Shown piece after piece: positions 55,397 to 63,937 of a stretch of 64,000 bases of DNA (position 1 is its first letter; every line of letters begins with the position of its first letter). The stretch comes from Clostridiaceae bacterium (GTDB lineage Bacteria; Bacillota; Clostridia; Tissierellales; Sporanaerobacteraceae): contig JAHXQP010000020.1 in the NCBI GenBank assembly GCA_019391515.1, positions 156,367 to 220,366 of the forward strand, read 5' to 3'. A model generated the notes under the pieces. It was given only the letters and a program-made list of their open reading frames with translations, had not been told where the DNA came from and ran no database searches. Position numbers and translations under genes: made by a program.

Positions 55397-57355
55397 TTGA
55401 AAATTATTATAGCCGATAATGCAGGGTTTTGTTTTGGTGTAAAAAGAGCTATGGAGATGAGTATGGAGATATTGAATAAAAACAATGGTTCTATTCATTC
55501 TTTAGGACCCCTTATACACAATAGACAAGCGGTTGATAAACTAAATAAGTTAGGCCTTAAAGTAGCTAATTCAATTGATGAGATAAAAAATGGTAAAGTT
55601 ATTGTAAGATCCCATGGGATTCCTTATGAAATATATGAAAAAATCAGTAAAAGGGATTTAGAATTAATTGACTGTACATGTCCTTATGTTAAAAGTATTC
55701 ATAAAAAAGTAAATGAATATTGGAAAAAGGGTTATAAGATTGCTATTATTGGAGATAAAGATCATCCGGAAGTTATAGGTATAAATGGATGGTGTAATAA
55801 TGAAGGTATAGTTATTAATGCTGAGGATGAAGCAAAAAACTTACCTAATTTAAATAAAATATGTATAGTTTCTCAAACAACAAATACTTTGGATAAATTC
55901 AATACATTATCAAAAATAGTTTCACAGAAATCGAGTAATGTAGAGATATTTAATACTATATGCAACGCTACTAATTTAAGACAAAGTTCTTGCAAAGAAG
56001 TTGCAAAAAAAGTTGAAGCAATGATCGTAATTGGTGGATATCATAGTTCAAATACAAATAAATTAGTAGAAATCAGCAAAAAATACTGTCAAAATGTATA
56101 CCATATTGAAACGGTTAATAATTTATCTTTTAAAGAACTTTCAAAATATGAAACAATAGGATTAACAGCAGGTGCTTCAACACCTGATTGGATTATTAAG
56201 GAGGTAATTAAAAAAATGGAAAATATAAATAACGATGAAATGATGAAAGCCATAGAGAATTCAATGGTTTATTTACAACGCGGAAGTATTGTTAAGGGAA
56301 ATGTTATTCTTGTTACAGACAATGAAGTAATGGTGAATGTAGGCTATAAATCTGATGGTATTATAGAAAGAACAGAGCTTTCAAGTGACCCTAATATCTC
56401 TCCTAAAGAGCTTTTTAAAGAAGGAGATGAAATTGACGTGTATGTAATTAAATTAGATGATGGCGAAGGAAATGTTGTATTATCAAGTAAAAGAGTAGAA
56501 AATGTTAAAAATTGGGATGAAGTTGAAAAAATCTATGAAAACCAAGAAAAAGTAGAATGTAAAGCTATAGAAGTAGTTAAAGGTGGTGTTATAGCATTAG
56601 TTAATGGATTAAGAGGCTTTATACCTGCTTCCTTATTATCTGTAAATTATGTTAGGAATTTAGAGGAATATAAAGGAAAAACTCTTTTAGTAAAGATAAT
56701 AGATTTTAATAGAAATAAAAATAAAATAATTCTATCTAGAAAAGAAATAGAAAAAGAAGAAATAGACGAAATAAAAAATAAAGTATGGGATAGTCTTGAA
56801 ATAGGGAAAGTTATAGAAGGGGAAGTAAAACGAATTACAAACTTTGGAGCTTTTGTAGATATAGGTGGTATTGATGGCTTAGTTCATATTTCAGATTTGT
56901 CTTGGAATAAGATTAAACATCCTTCCGAAGTAGTAAGTGAAGGAGAAAAAATTAAAGTTGAAATTTTAGATTTCAATAAAGAAAATGATAGGATTTCTTT
57001 AGGTTTAAAACAAATTTTACCTAAACCTTGGGATCTATTTATAGATAATTGTAAAGTTGGAGATATTGTTGAAGGTAAGATTGTCAATTTATTAGATTTT
57101 GGTGCATTTGTAAGATTAGATTCAGGCGTAGATGGTTTAGTTCATATCTCTCAAATTTCTAATGAACATGTAAACAGACCTTCTGACAAATTAAAAATTG
57201 GAGAAAAAGTTAAAGTTAAAATTATGGACATAGATGAAGAAAAAGAACGTATTAGCCTTAGCATTAAAGAAGTGTTGGAAGAAGATAAAGAAGAATACAT
57301 TATAGAAAATAAAGAAATTGATAGTACAATAGAGGAAAGAATAAAAAATAAATAA
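55397..57355 (+). CDS. ispH: Fused HMBPP reductase (IspH) / ribosomal protein S1
   Basis: AGFCFGVKRA, RSHG, DCTCP.V, HPEV, ICNAT..RQ, SSNT, TAGASTP, then S1 repeats (FGAFVD.G..DGLVHIS). Confidence 0.95.
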   Translation: MKIIIADNAGFCFGVKRAMEMSMEILNKNNGSIHSLGPLIHNRQAVDKLNKLGLKVANSIDEIKNGKVIVRSHGIPYEIYEKISKRDLELIDCTCPYVKSIHKKVNEYWKKGYKIAIIGDKDHPEVIGINGWCNNEGIVINAEDEAKNLPNLNKICIVSQTTNTLDKFNTLSKIVSQKSSNVEIFNTICNATNLRQSSCKEVAKKVEAMIVIGGYHSSNTNKLVEISKKYCQNVYHIETVNNLSFKELSKYETIGLTAGASTPDWIIKEVIKKMENINNDEMMKAIENSMVYLQRGSIVKGNVILVTDNEVMVNVGYKSDGIIERTELSSDPNISPKELFKEGDEIDVYVIKLDDGEGNVVLSSKRVENVKNWDEVEKIYENQEKVECKAIEVVKGGVIALVNGLRGFIPASLLSVNYVRNLEEYKGKTLLVKIIDFNRNKNKIILSRKEIEKEEIDEIKNKVWDSLEIGKVIEGEVKRITNFGAFVDIGGIDGLVHISDLSWNKIKHPSEVVSEGEKIKVEILDFNKENDRISLGLKQILPKPWDLFIDNCKVGDIVEGKIVNLLDFGAFVRLDSGVDGLVHISQISNEHVNRPSDKLKIGEKVKVKIMDIDEEKERISLSIKEVLEEDKEEYIIENKEIDSTIEERIKNK

Positions 57356-57444
57356 AAAGTTTGGGGAAAATGTATAAAAAAAATTAATTTGTCAAAGATA
57401 TTAAATGACCTCACAAAATACATCAAGACCCCCTTTACATTAAT

Positions 57445-57476
57445 CTGTGGCTTTTATTTGCCACAGTTCTTTTTTA
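57445..57476 (+). terminator. Terminator about 90 nt after ispH/rpsA
   Basis: CTGTGGC-N8-GCCACAG then TTCTTTTTT. Confidence 0.7.
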
Positions 57477-57521
57477 TTGCTAAAATATTAAATATACACA
57501 ATACTGGAAAGGGGTTTATCT

Positions 57522-58307
57522 ATGGATAAATATGAAATATTTAAACAAGAAGTAGAGAAATTAATAGGCATTAATTTAAATTTATATAAGGAAAAGCAAA
57601 TGAAAAGAAGAATAACCTCTTTGCTTACTAGAAATGATTTTAAAGATTTTGATGATTATTTAACAGGATTAAAAAAAGACGAAAATTTATTAAATGAATT
57701 TGTAAATTATCTAACTATAAATGTTTCAGAATTTTATAGAAATCCAAATCAATGGAAAGTTTTAGAGGAAGATATTCTTCCAACTTTTATAAAAAAATGG
57801 GACAACCCTCCTAGAATATGGAGTAGTGCTTGTTCTACAGGAGAAGAACCATATTCAATAGTAATGTTATTGAGCAAGTTTTTTGATTTAAAAGATATAA
57901 ATGTTTTAGCAACAGATATAGACTTAGAAGCCATAAATAAAGCTAAAATCGGTATCTATAATGAAAAATCATTAGAAAATCTACCTAAAGAATTTAAAAT
58001 AAAATATTTTTCTCCTTTGAAAAATGCATATAAAATTAAAGATGAAATAAAACAATGTGTAACATTTAAAAGAATAGATTTATTAAAAGATTCCTTTGCT
58101 AAAAATATAGACTTAATTATGTGTAGAAATGTAATGATATATTTTACTGAAACTGGGAAGGAGTTGTTATATAAAAAGTTTCATAATAGCCTATCAGATA
58201 AAGGCATATTGTTTGTTGGTAGCACTGAACAAATAATATTACCTAATAAGCATAATTTTGAACCTGTTAAAACCTTTTTTTATAAAAAAATTAGGGAGTC
58301 TAATTAA
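57522..58307 (+). CDS. cheR: Chemotaxis methyltransferase CheR
   Basis: TINVSEFYR, WSSACSTGEEPYS, ATDID, CRNVMIYF, G.TE. Confidence 0.95.
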   Translation: MDKYEIFKQEVEKLIGINLNLYKEKQMKRRITSLLTRNDFKDFDDYLTGLKKDENLLNEFVNYLTINVSEFYRNPNQWKVLEEDILPTFIKKWDNPPRIWSSACSTGEEPYSIVMLLSKFFDLKDINVLATDIDLEAINKAKIGIYNEKSLENLPKEFKIKYFSPLKNAYKIKDEIKQCVTFKRIDLLKDSFAKNIDLIMCRNVMIYFTETGKELLYKKFHNSLSDKGILFVGSTEQIILPNKHNFEPVKTFFYKKIRESN

Positions 58308-58316
58308 TTTAAATTG

Positions 58317-58325
58317 TGATATAAT
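58317..58325 (+). promoter_or_regulatory. Extended -10 promoter for M42 cluster
   Basis: TGATATAAT. Confidence 0.5.
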
Positions 58326-58349
58326 ATTATCAAAAAGGGGGTATGCTTA

Positions 58350-59411
58350 ATGAATTCAAAAGAATTTCTTGAAATTTTATCTAATTCTAGTGGGGTTTCT
58401 GGTTATGAATACAGAATTAAAGATAAAATTATTTCCGAGTTCAATAAATATTCTGATGAAATAAAAACTGATAACCTTGGTAATGTGATAGCTGTAAAAA
58501 AAGGCAATTTAAACAAAAATAAAGATAGAATTAAAATAATGCTTGCAGCACATATGGATGAAATTGGTTTAGTAATTACGGCTATTGAAGAAGATGGTTT
58601 TTTAAGATTTGCAACAATTGGAGGAATAGATCCTAGAACCCTTTTAGGACAAGAAGTCTTAGTCCATGGAAAAAAAGACTTATTTGGTATAATAGGTGCA
58701 AAACCTCCACATTTACAAGAAGAATCCGAAAGAAATAATCCAGTTAAATTAGAAGATATGTATATCGATTTAGGTTTGAAAAAAGAAGATATTCTGGATC
58801 TTATAAAAATAGGAGATAGTATCACTATCAAAAGAAATTTAATTAAATTACAAGGTAATAGAGTAGCAGGTAAAGCTTTAGATGATAGAGCTGGAATAGT
58901 TACATTATATGAATGCATTAAAAAATTACATAAACTTAACCATTACTCTGATATATATTTTGTCTCTACTGTTCAAGAAGAAGTAGGTTGTAGAGGAGCT
59001 ACTACAAGTGCATATAGTATTAACCCAGATATAGGGATTGCAATAGATGTAGGTTTTGCTTCTACGCCTGAACTTCCAAAAGAAGACACTTTAAACATGG
59101 GAAAAGGTCCAGGAATTACTTTGGGAGGCAATATTCATCCAGGCCTTAGGAAGAAATTAGTAGAAATAGGTAAGGAATATAATATACCATTTCAATTAGA
59201 AGTAGAACCTGGACCAACAGGAACAGACGCAAGAGCTATCCAAATTACTAGACAAGGAATACCTACTTTATGCATTTCTATTCCTTTAAGGTATATGCAT
59301 ACTTCAGTTGAGGTTATAGATTTAAAAGACATAGAAAATACAGCAAAGTTACTTGCTTTCTTTGTAACTTCAATTTCAAATGAAAATTTGGAGGGGTTAT
59401 TATGCTATTAA
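58350..59411 (+). CDS. M42 (TET) aminopeptidase 1
   Basis: AHMDE, ALDDR, QEEVG, AIDV, RYMH. Confidence 0.92.
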   Translation: MNSKEFLEILSNSSGVSGYEYRIKDKIISEFNKYSDEIKTDNLGNVIAVKKGNLNKNKDRIKIMLAAHMDEIGLVITAIEEDGFLRFATIGGIDPRTLLGQEVLVHGKKDLFGIIGAKPPHLQEESERNNPVKLEDMYIDLGLKKEDILDLIKIGDSITIKRNLIKLQGNRVAGKALDDRAGIVTLYECIKKLHKLNHYSDIYFVSTVQEEVGCRGATTSAYSINPDIGIAIDVGFASTPELPKEDTLNMGKGPGITLGGNIHPGLRKKLVEIGKEYNIPFQLEVEPGPTGTDARAIQITRQGIPTLCISIPLRYMHTSVEVIDLKDIENTAKLLAFFVTSISNENLEGLLCY

Positions 59412-60421
59412 AAAGATTAACCGAAGCTTCTGGCGTTTCAGGGAACGAAAAAGAAGTTAGAGATATAATAATTGAAGAAATAAAGGAATATGTAGATAAT
59501 ATACAAGTAGATAAAATAGGTAATGTTATTGCTTATAAAAGAGGAAAGAAAGACTCACCGAGATTAATGATAACTGCCCATATGGACGAAGTAGGTTTTA
59601 TTATAACCGATATAAATGATTCTGGTCTTTTAAAGTTTACAACTGTTGGGGGAATTGATCATAGAATTCTTGTATCTAAATCTGTAAAAGTAGGTAAGAA
59701 ACAAATACCAGGCGTTATAGGAGCTAAACCAATACATTTGCAAAAAAAAGGGGAGCGTCTAAAAACATTAAGTTTAGACCAACTTTATATTGATATAGGC
59801 GTTAACAGTAAAGAAGAAGCAGAAGATTTAGTTTCTATAGGAGATTATATAACATTTTATAGTGAATATGTAGGGTTTGGAAATGACTTGATAAAAGCAA
59901 AAGCTCTGGATAATAGGGTAGGATGTAATCTTCTTATAGATTTGCTCAAATCTAATACAGATTTAAGTTTTTATGCTGTATTTACTGTAATGGAGGAAAT
60001 TGGTTTAGTAGGAGCTGGTCCAGCTGCTTATACTGTAGAGCCTGACATTAGTATAATTTTAGAAGGAACTCTTTGTTCAGATGGTCCAGATACTGAGGAA
60101 CATTTAATTCCTACTAAGTTAAAACAAGGACCTGCTATATCTTTATTGGATAGAACCACACTATTTAATATTGATTTCAGAAAATATATAGTTAATATTG
60201 CAGAAAAAAATGGCATACCTTATCAATTTAGAAAAACTAGCTTTGGAGGAAATGATTCGGGAAAAATACACCAGGCTAAAAGTGGTTCTACTACAGCAAC
60301 TATATCAGTACCATGTAGATACATACACTCACCTATATCAGTTATGGCTAAAGAAGACTATAAAAATACCTGCAAGCTGTTAAAATCTATATTAAGTGAA
60401 ATTGAAAAGGGGGATTTTTAA
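59402..60421 (+). CDS. M42 (TET) aminopeptidase 2
   Basis: AHMDE, ALDNR, MEEIG, ILEG, RYIH. Confidence 0.92.
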   Translation: MLLKRLTEASGVSGNEKEVRDIIIEEIKEYVDNIQVDKIGNVIAYKRGKKDSPRLMITAHMDEVGFIITDINDSGLLKFTTVGGIDHRILVSKSVKVGKKQIPGVIGAKPIHLQKKGERLKTLSLDQLYIDIGVNSKEEAEDLVSIGDYITFYSEYVGFGNDLIKAKALDNRVGCNLLIDLLKSNTDLSFYAVFTVMEEIGLVGAGPAAYTVEPDISIILEGTLCSDGPDTEEHLIPTKLKQGPAISLLDRTTLFNIDFRKYIVNIAEKNGIPYQFRKTSFGGNDSGKIHQAKSGSTTATISVPCRYIHSPISVMAKEDYKNTCKLLKSILSEIEKGDF

Positions 60422-61414
60422 ATGAACTTTAATAGTGAATTAGTTGAAAAGCTAGTAAATATATATTCACCATCAGGTGATGAAAACAAGATTAGAGAAT
60501 TTATAAAAGATGAAATTAAAGATTTTGTAGATGAAGTTGAAATAGATTCATTGGGAAATTTAATAGCTAGAAAAAAAGGAAAAGGTAAAAAAATAATGCT
60601 TGCAGCTCATATGGATCAAATAGGCCTTATGGTAACAGATATTGATGATAAAGGATTTTTAAGATTTACAAATATAGGAGGAATTTCCCCTATACTATCT
60701 CTTGGACAAAAGGTTATTTTTAAAAACGGAACTATTGGAGTAATATTTGCAGAGCCTGTAGATAATATGGGCAAATTAAAACTTGAAAATATGTTCATAG
60801 ATATTGGAGTATTAAACAAAGAAGAAGCAGAGGAAAAAGTAAGCATAGGAGATATTTGCGTTTATGAAATAGGCTTTTCTGAAAATGATAATGTGATTTT
60901 TTCGAAATGCTTAGATGATAGAATAGGATGTTTTGTTCTTATAGAAACTCTAAAGAGAGTAAAAAATAGTGATAATGATTTATATTTTGTATTCACTGTT
61001 CAAGAAGAGGTTGGTCTTAGAGGAGCTAGAACTTCTTCTTATAAGATAAATCCAGATTTAGGTATTGCAATCGATGTTACTTCAAGTGGTGATACTCCAA
61101 AAGCCAAAAGATTTGCTGTTTCATTAGATAAAGGCACAGCTATTAAAGTGAAAGATAATTCTATACTTACTCATCCTAAGGTAAGAGAACTTATGGTTCA
61201 AGTTGCAGAAGAAAATAATATACCTTACCAAATGGAAGTTTTAGAGTTTGGAGGTACAGATTCCGGAGCTATTCATTTAACTAGAGAAGGAGTTCCTACT
61301 GGTGCAATTTCTATACCTACTAGATACGTCCATTCAACTGTAGAAATGTCTTCTAAAAAAGATATTAATTATTCTGTAGATTTATTAGTAAAATTGTTGG
61401 AAAAAACTATTTAA
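60422..61414 (+). CDS. M42 (TET) aminopeptidase 3
   Basis: AHMDQ, LDDR, QEEVG, AIDV, RYVH. Confidence 0.92.
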   Translation: MNFNSELVEKLVNIYSPSGDENKIREFIKDEIKDFVDEVEIDSLGNLIARKKGKGKKIMLAAHMDQIGLMVTDIDDKGFLRFTNIGGISPILSLGQKVIFKNGTIGVIFAEPVDNMGKLKLENMFIDIGVLNKEEAEEKVSIGDICVYEIGFSENDNVIFSKCLDDRIGCFVLIETLKRVKNSDNDLYFVFTVQEEVGLRGARTSSYKINPDLGIAIDVTSSGDTPKAKRFAVSLDKGTAIKVKDNSILTHPKVRELMVQVAEENNIPYQMEVLEFGGTDSGAIHLTREGVPTGAISIPTRYVHSTVEMSSKKDINYSVDLLVKLLEKTI

Positions 61415-61448
61415 AAATAGGGACTGATGATTCAGTCCCTATTTTTTT
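61413..61448 (+). terminator. Terminator after M42 cluster
   Basis: AAAAATAGGGACTGA-TGAT-TCAGTCCCTATTTTT. Confidence 0.8.
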
Positions 61449-61535
61449 ATCCTATTTGACAAAATAGCTAAGTTAGACGCATTTACATAATTTATTATGT
61501 CAATAAATGAATTAAAAAACATCTCTTATATAAAA

Positions 61536-61560
61536 AGGAAATAAGAACTTTTTAAAGAAT
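61536..61560 (+). promoter_or_regulatory. sigmaH-type promoter
   Basis: AGGAAAT-N11-AAAGAAT, same AGGA-to-GAAT distance as the spo0A promoter. Confidence 0.65.
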
Positions 61561-61600
61561 AGTATTATATAAAGGTAATAATATTAAGGGGGCGGAATAT

Positions 61601-62221
61601 ATGCCAGATATAGATTTAGAAAAAGAACATACTATTTCTGAAGTATCTAAAATAACTGATTATCCTCCGCATGTTTTAAGATATTATGAAAAAGAGTTTG
61701 AACTTGATATTCCAAGAAACGATTCTAATCACAGATATTATACTTACAAAGAAATAGAATTACTTCAATATATAAAGTCATTACAAGAAAAAGGTTTTAG
61801 CAATAAACAAATTAAATTAATAATAAAATCTCCTGAAATTCTTGCTAATAATCAAGAAGAGGCAGTAACTACAACAACATACGGATTACAAAAAATGGAT
61901 GTTACTAATTTATCCCAAGAAATTAGTAATGAGTTAAGTCAAGTAATTACTTCAAAACTTACTGAAGAAATAAAAGTTATTTTAAATTTTAATCAAGAAA
62001 ATGGAGATAAATTAATTATGGAACTAAAAGATGAGATTGAACAATTGAGAAAAGAATTAACTAGTAAGGAAAGAGACGTTCTAATTTGTGAAAATGCTAA
62101 ACTAAAATTGAAGGTAAAAGAAAAATCTTATGAAGCAGCAGGATTAAAAGAAAAAGTTAAGAGAATGGAATCTTCTAATAAAGGTTTTTTCAAAAAAATA
62201 TTTGGATCTAAAAAAATATAA
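61601..62221 (+). CDS. MerR-type HTH + coiled-coil protein with C-terminal amphipathic helix (RacA-like architecture)
   Basis: TISEVSK.T....HVLRYYE..F....PR....HRYY; coiled coil; ends KGFFKKIFGSKKI. Confidence 0.8.
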   Translation: MPDIDLEKEHTISEVSKITDYPPHVLRYYEKEFELDIPRNDSNHRYYTYKEIELLQYIKSLQEKGFSNKQIKLIIKSPEILANNQEEAVTTTTYGLQKMDVTNLSQEISNELSQVITSKLTEEIKVILNFNQENGDKLIMELKDEIEQLRKELTSKERDVLICENAKLKLKVKEKSYEAAGLKEKVKRMESSNKGFFKKIFGSKKI

Positions 62222-62327
62222 TTTATTAAACATATAATAATTACTTTATAATCCTTATTGTGTTTATACATCAAAATAGGAAAATGCAATAATTTGTACG
62301 ACAAGTTGCAAAATTCTGAAAATACTA

Positions 62328-62356
62328 TTGAGTTTTTATTAAATACATGATATGAT
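62328..62356 (+). promoter_or_regulatory. sigmaA promoter of small Cys-rich ORF
   Basis: TTGAGT-N17-TATGAT with extended -10 TG. Confidence 0.65.
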
Positions 62357-62386
62357 TTTATAAAAGGAAAAAAGGGGAAGAGTTAG

Positions 62387-62536
62387 ATGGGTAAAAATCC
62401 AAATAAAAATTCTAAATTAAAATCTAATATAGTGTTAAAAAAATGTGGAGCGGTAAGTTGTATAAACAATATTCAAGGATTATGTGATTTCGCTAAATGT
62501 GAGCTATATGAACGATCATTGGCTCAGGAATATTAA
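62387..62536 (+). CDS. 49-aa Cys4 microprotein (not in ORF track)
   Basis: RBS AAAGGGGAAG; MGKNPNKNSKLKSNIVLKKCGAVSCINNIQGLCDFAKCELYERSLAQEY*; own promoter and terminator. Confidence 0.7.
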   Translation: MGKNPNKNSKLKSNIVLKKCGAVSCINNIQGLCDFAKCELYERSLAQEY

Positions 62537-62581
62537 GTATATAAAAATGAGTAGGTATATACCTACTCATTTTTATATACT
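62536..62581. terminator. 46-bp perfect palindrome; bidirectional terminator between convergent genes
   Basis: AGTATATAAAAATGAGTAGGTAT|ATACCTACTCATTTTTATATACT. Confidence 0.8.
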
Positions 62582-63753
62582 ATTAATGCTTCTTTTAGTA
62601 TTCCCATAGCTTTTTTAAGATCTTCTACATTCAAACAATAAGATATTCTTACTTCATCTCTCCCTAAACCTTCAGTTGCATAAAATCCTTCAGCAGGTGC
62701 TAACATAACAGTTTCATTATCAATATCAAACTCTCTTAATAACCATATAACAAACTTTTCAGCATCCTTTACTGGTAATTTAGCAATATTATAAAAAGCA
62801 CCATGAGGTTGTTCACAAACCACTCCGTCCATTTCTTTTAATGCACCATAGACAACATCTCTTCTTTTTCTATACTCTTCTTTTGTTTCTTTAATATATT
62901 CATCAGCCACATTAATAAAGTTAGCGGCTCCAACTTGTTCAATAGTAGCTACACAAAGTCTGCCTTGGCATAACTTCAATATTTGCTTCATTAAATCTTT
63001 GTTTTTAGAAGCGATACAACCAATCCTAGCACCGCATGCACTAAATCGTTTTGAAACACTATCGGTTAGAATAACCCTATCAGAAATATCTTTTAAATTA
63101 GCAAAACTCATATATTCTAAGCCATCATAAACAAACTCTCTATAAACTTCATCTGCAATTATAAATAAATTATGTTCTTTAGCTACTTCCCCTAGCATGT
63201 ACATTTCTTCTTTTGTATAAATTGTTCCAGTTGGGTTTCCAGGATTTGAGAACATTATTGCTTTAGTTTTTGGAGTAATAAGTTTTTCTATTTCAGTCTT
63301 TTTAGGCAAATGGAAACCGTTTTCCGCTTTTGTTGTAATAGGAACAACATTGACACCAGTCATATTGCCAAAGCCGTTATAATTTGTGTAGAAAGGTTCT
63401 GGTACTAAAACTTCTTCACCATGATCACACACAGCTAAGAGAGAAAATATTAGAGCTTCACTACCACCATTTGTTACAAGAATTTCATCTTTATCAAAGC
63501 TAATATTGTATTTTTCATAATATCTTCTAATGGAATCTATAAGTTCTGGAGTACCTTGAGATGGAGCGTATGCTAAAACTTCTTCATCAAACTCTTTAAT
63601 AGCTTCAAAAAATTCTACAGGAGTTTTAATATCAGGTTGTCCTATGTTTAAATGATAGACTTTTTTCCCTTTAGATTTAGCCTCTTGTGCTATAGGCACT
63701 AATTTTCTAATAGGGGATTCTTGCATAGCCTCAATTCTTTTAGAAAAATTCAT
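62563..63753 (-). CDS. PLP-dependent aminotransferase class I/II
   Basis: LNIGQPD, TNGGSEA, SNPGNPTG, ADEVY, DSVSKRFSACGARIG; RBS AAGGAGG. Confidence 0.93.
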   Translation of the reverse strand: MNFSKRIEAMQESPIRKLVPIAQEAKSKGKKVYHLNIGQPDIKTPVEFFEAIKEFDEEVLAYAPSQGTPELIDSIRRYYEKYNISFDKDEILVTNGGSEALIFSLLAVCDHGEEVLVPEPFYTNYNGFGNMTGVNVVPITTKAENGFHLPKKTEIEKLITPKTKAIMFSNPGNPTGTIYTKEEMYMLGEVAKEHNLFIIADEVYREFVYDGLEYMSFANLKDISDRVILTDSVSKRFSACGARIGCIASKNKDLMKQILKLCQGRLCVATIEQVGAANFINVADEYIKETKEEYRKRRDVVYGALKEMDGVVCEQPHGAFYNIAKLPVKDAEKFVIWLLREFDIDNETVMLAPAEGFYATEGLGRDEVRISYCLNVEDLKKAMGILKEALIVYKNE

Positions 63754-63937
63754 AAAAAATCTCCTCCTTAAAATTGATTATTGTAGAATTAGTTATTATA
63801 TATAGCCAATCCTTTTGACTTATAATATTTGAGCTTAACTTTTATCTATATAATATCATAAAGTAAAAGCAAATAATAGCGTGGTATTATTACTTTTATT
63901 AATATTAATAAGAAAATTTATAATGACTCTATAAATA

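Noticed and set aside
57356-57476. c-di-GMP or other known riboswitch upstream of cheR
   Set aside because: No GGCAAAC/GNRA-receptor or other aptamer signature; the hairpin is best read as the rpsA terminator.
57522-58307. Orphan cheR as an unusual feature
   Set aside because: cheR is commonly separate from the che/fla cluster in Firmicutes and has no extra domains here.
4785-60383. Alternate-frame + strand ORFs (4785..4976, 12794..13057, 60198..60383)
   Set aside because: Nested in pilO, spoIIIAE and an M42 gene; low-complexity by-products without RBS.
116-60846. Numerous minus-strand ORFs of 60-171 aa antisense to known genes (e.g. 1314..1592, 8059..8463, 43422..43865, 53171..53587, 54817..55260, 58403..58918)
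   Set aside because: S/F/I/L-rich shadows of AT-rich coding strands, fully overlapping well-supported genes, without evident RBS or motifs.
61497-61544. 15-codon ORF MSINELKNISYIKRK upstream of the MerR-like gene
   Set aside because: No RBS, and it overlaps the sigmaH promoter.
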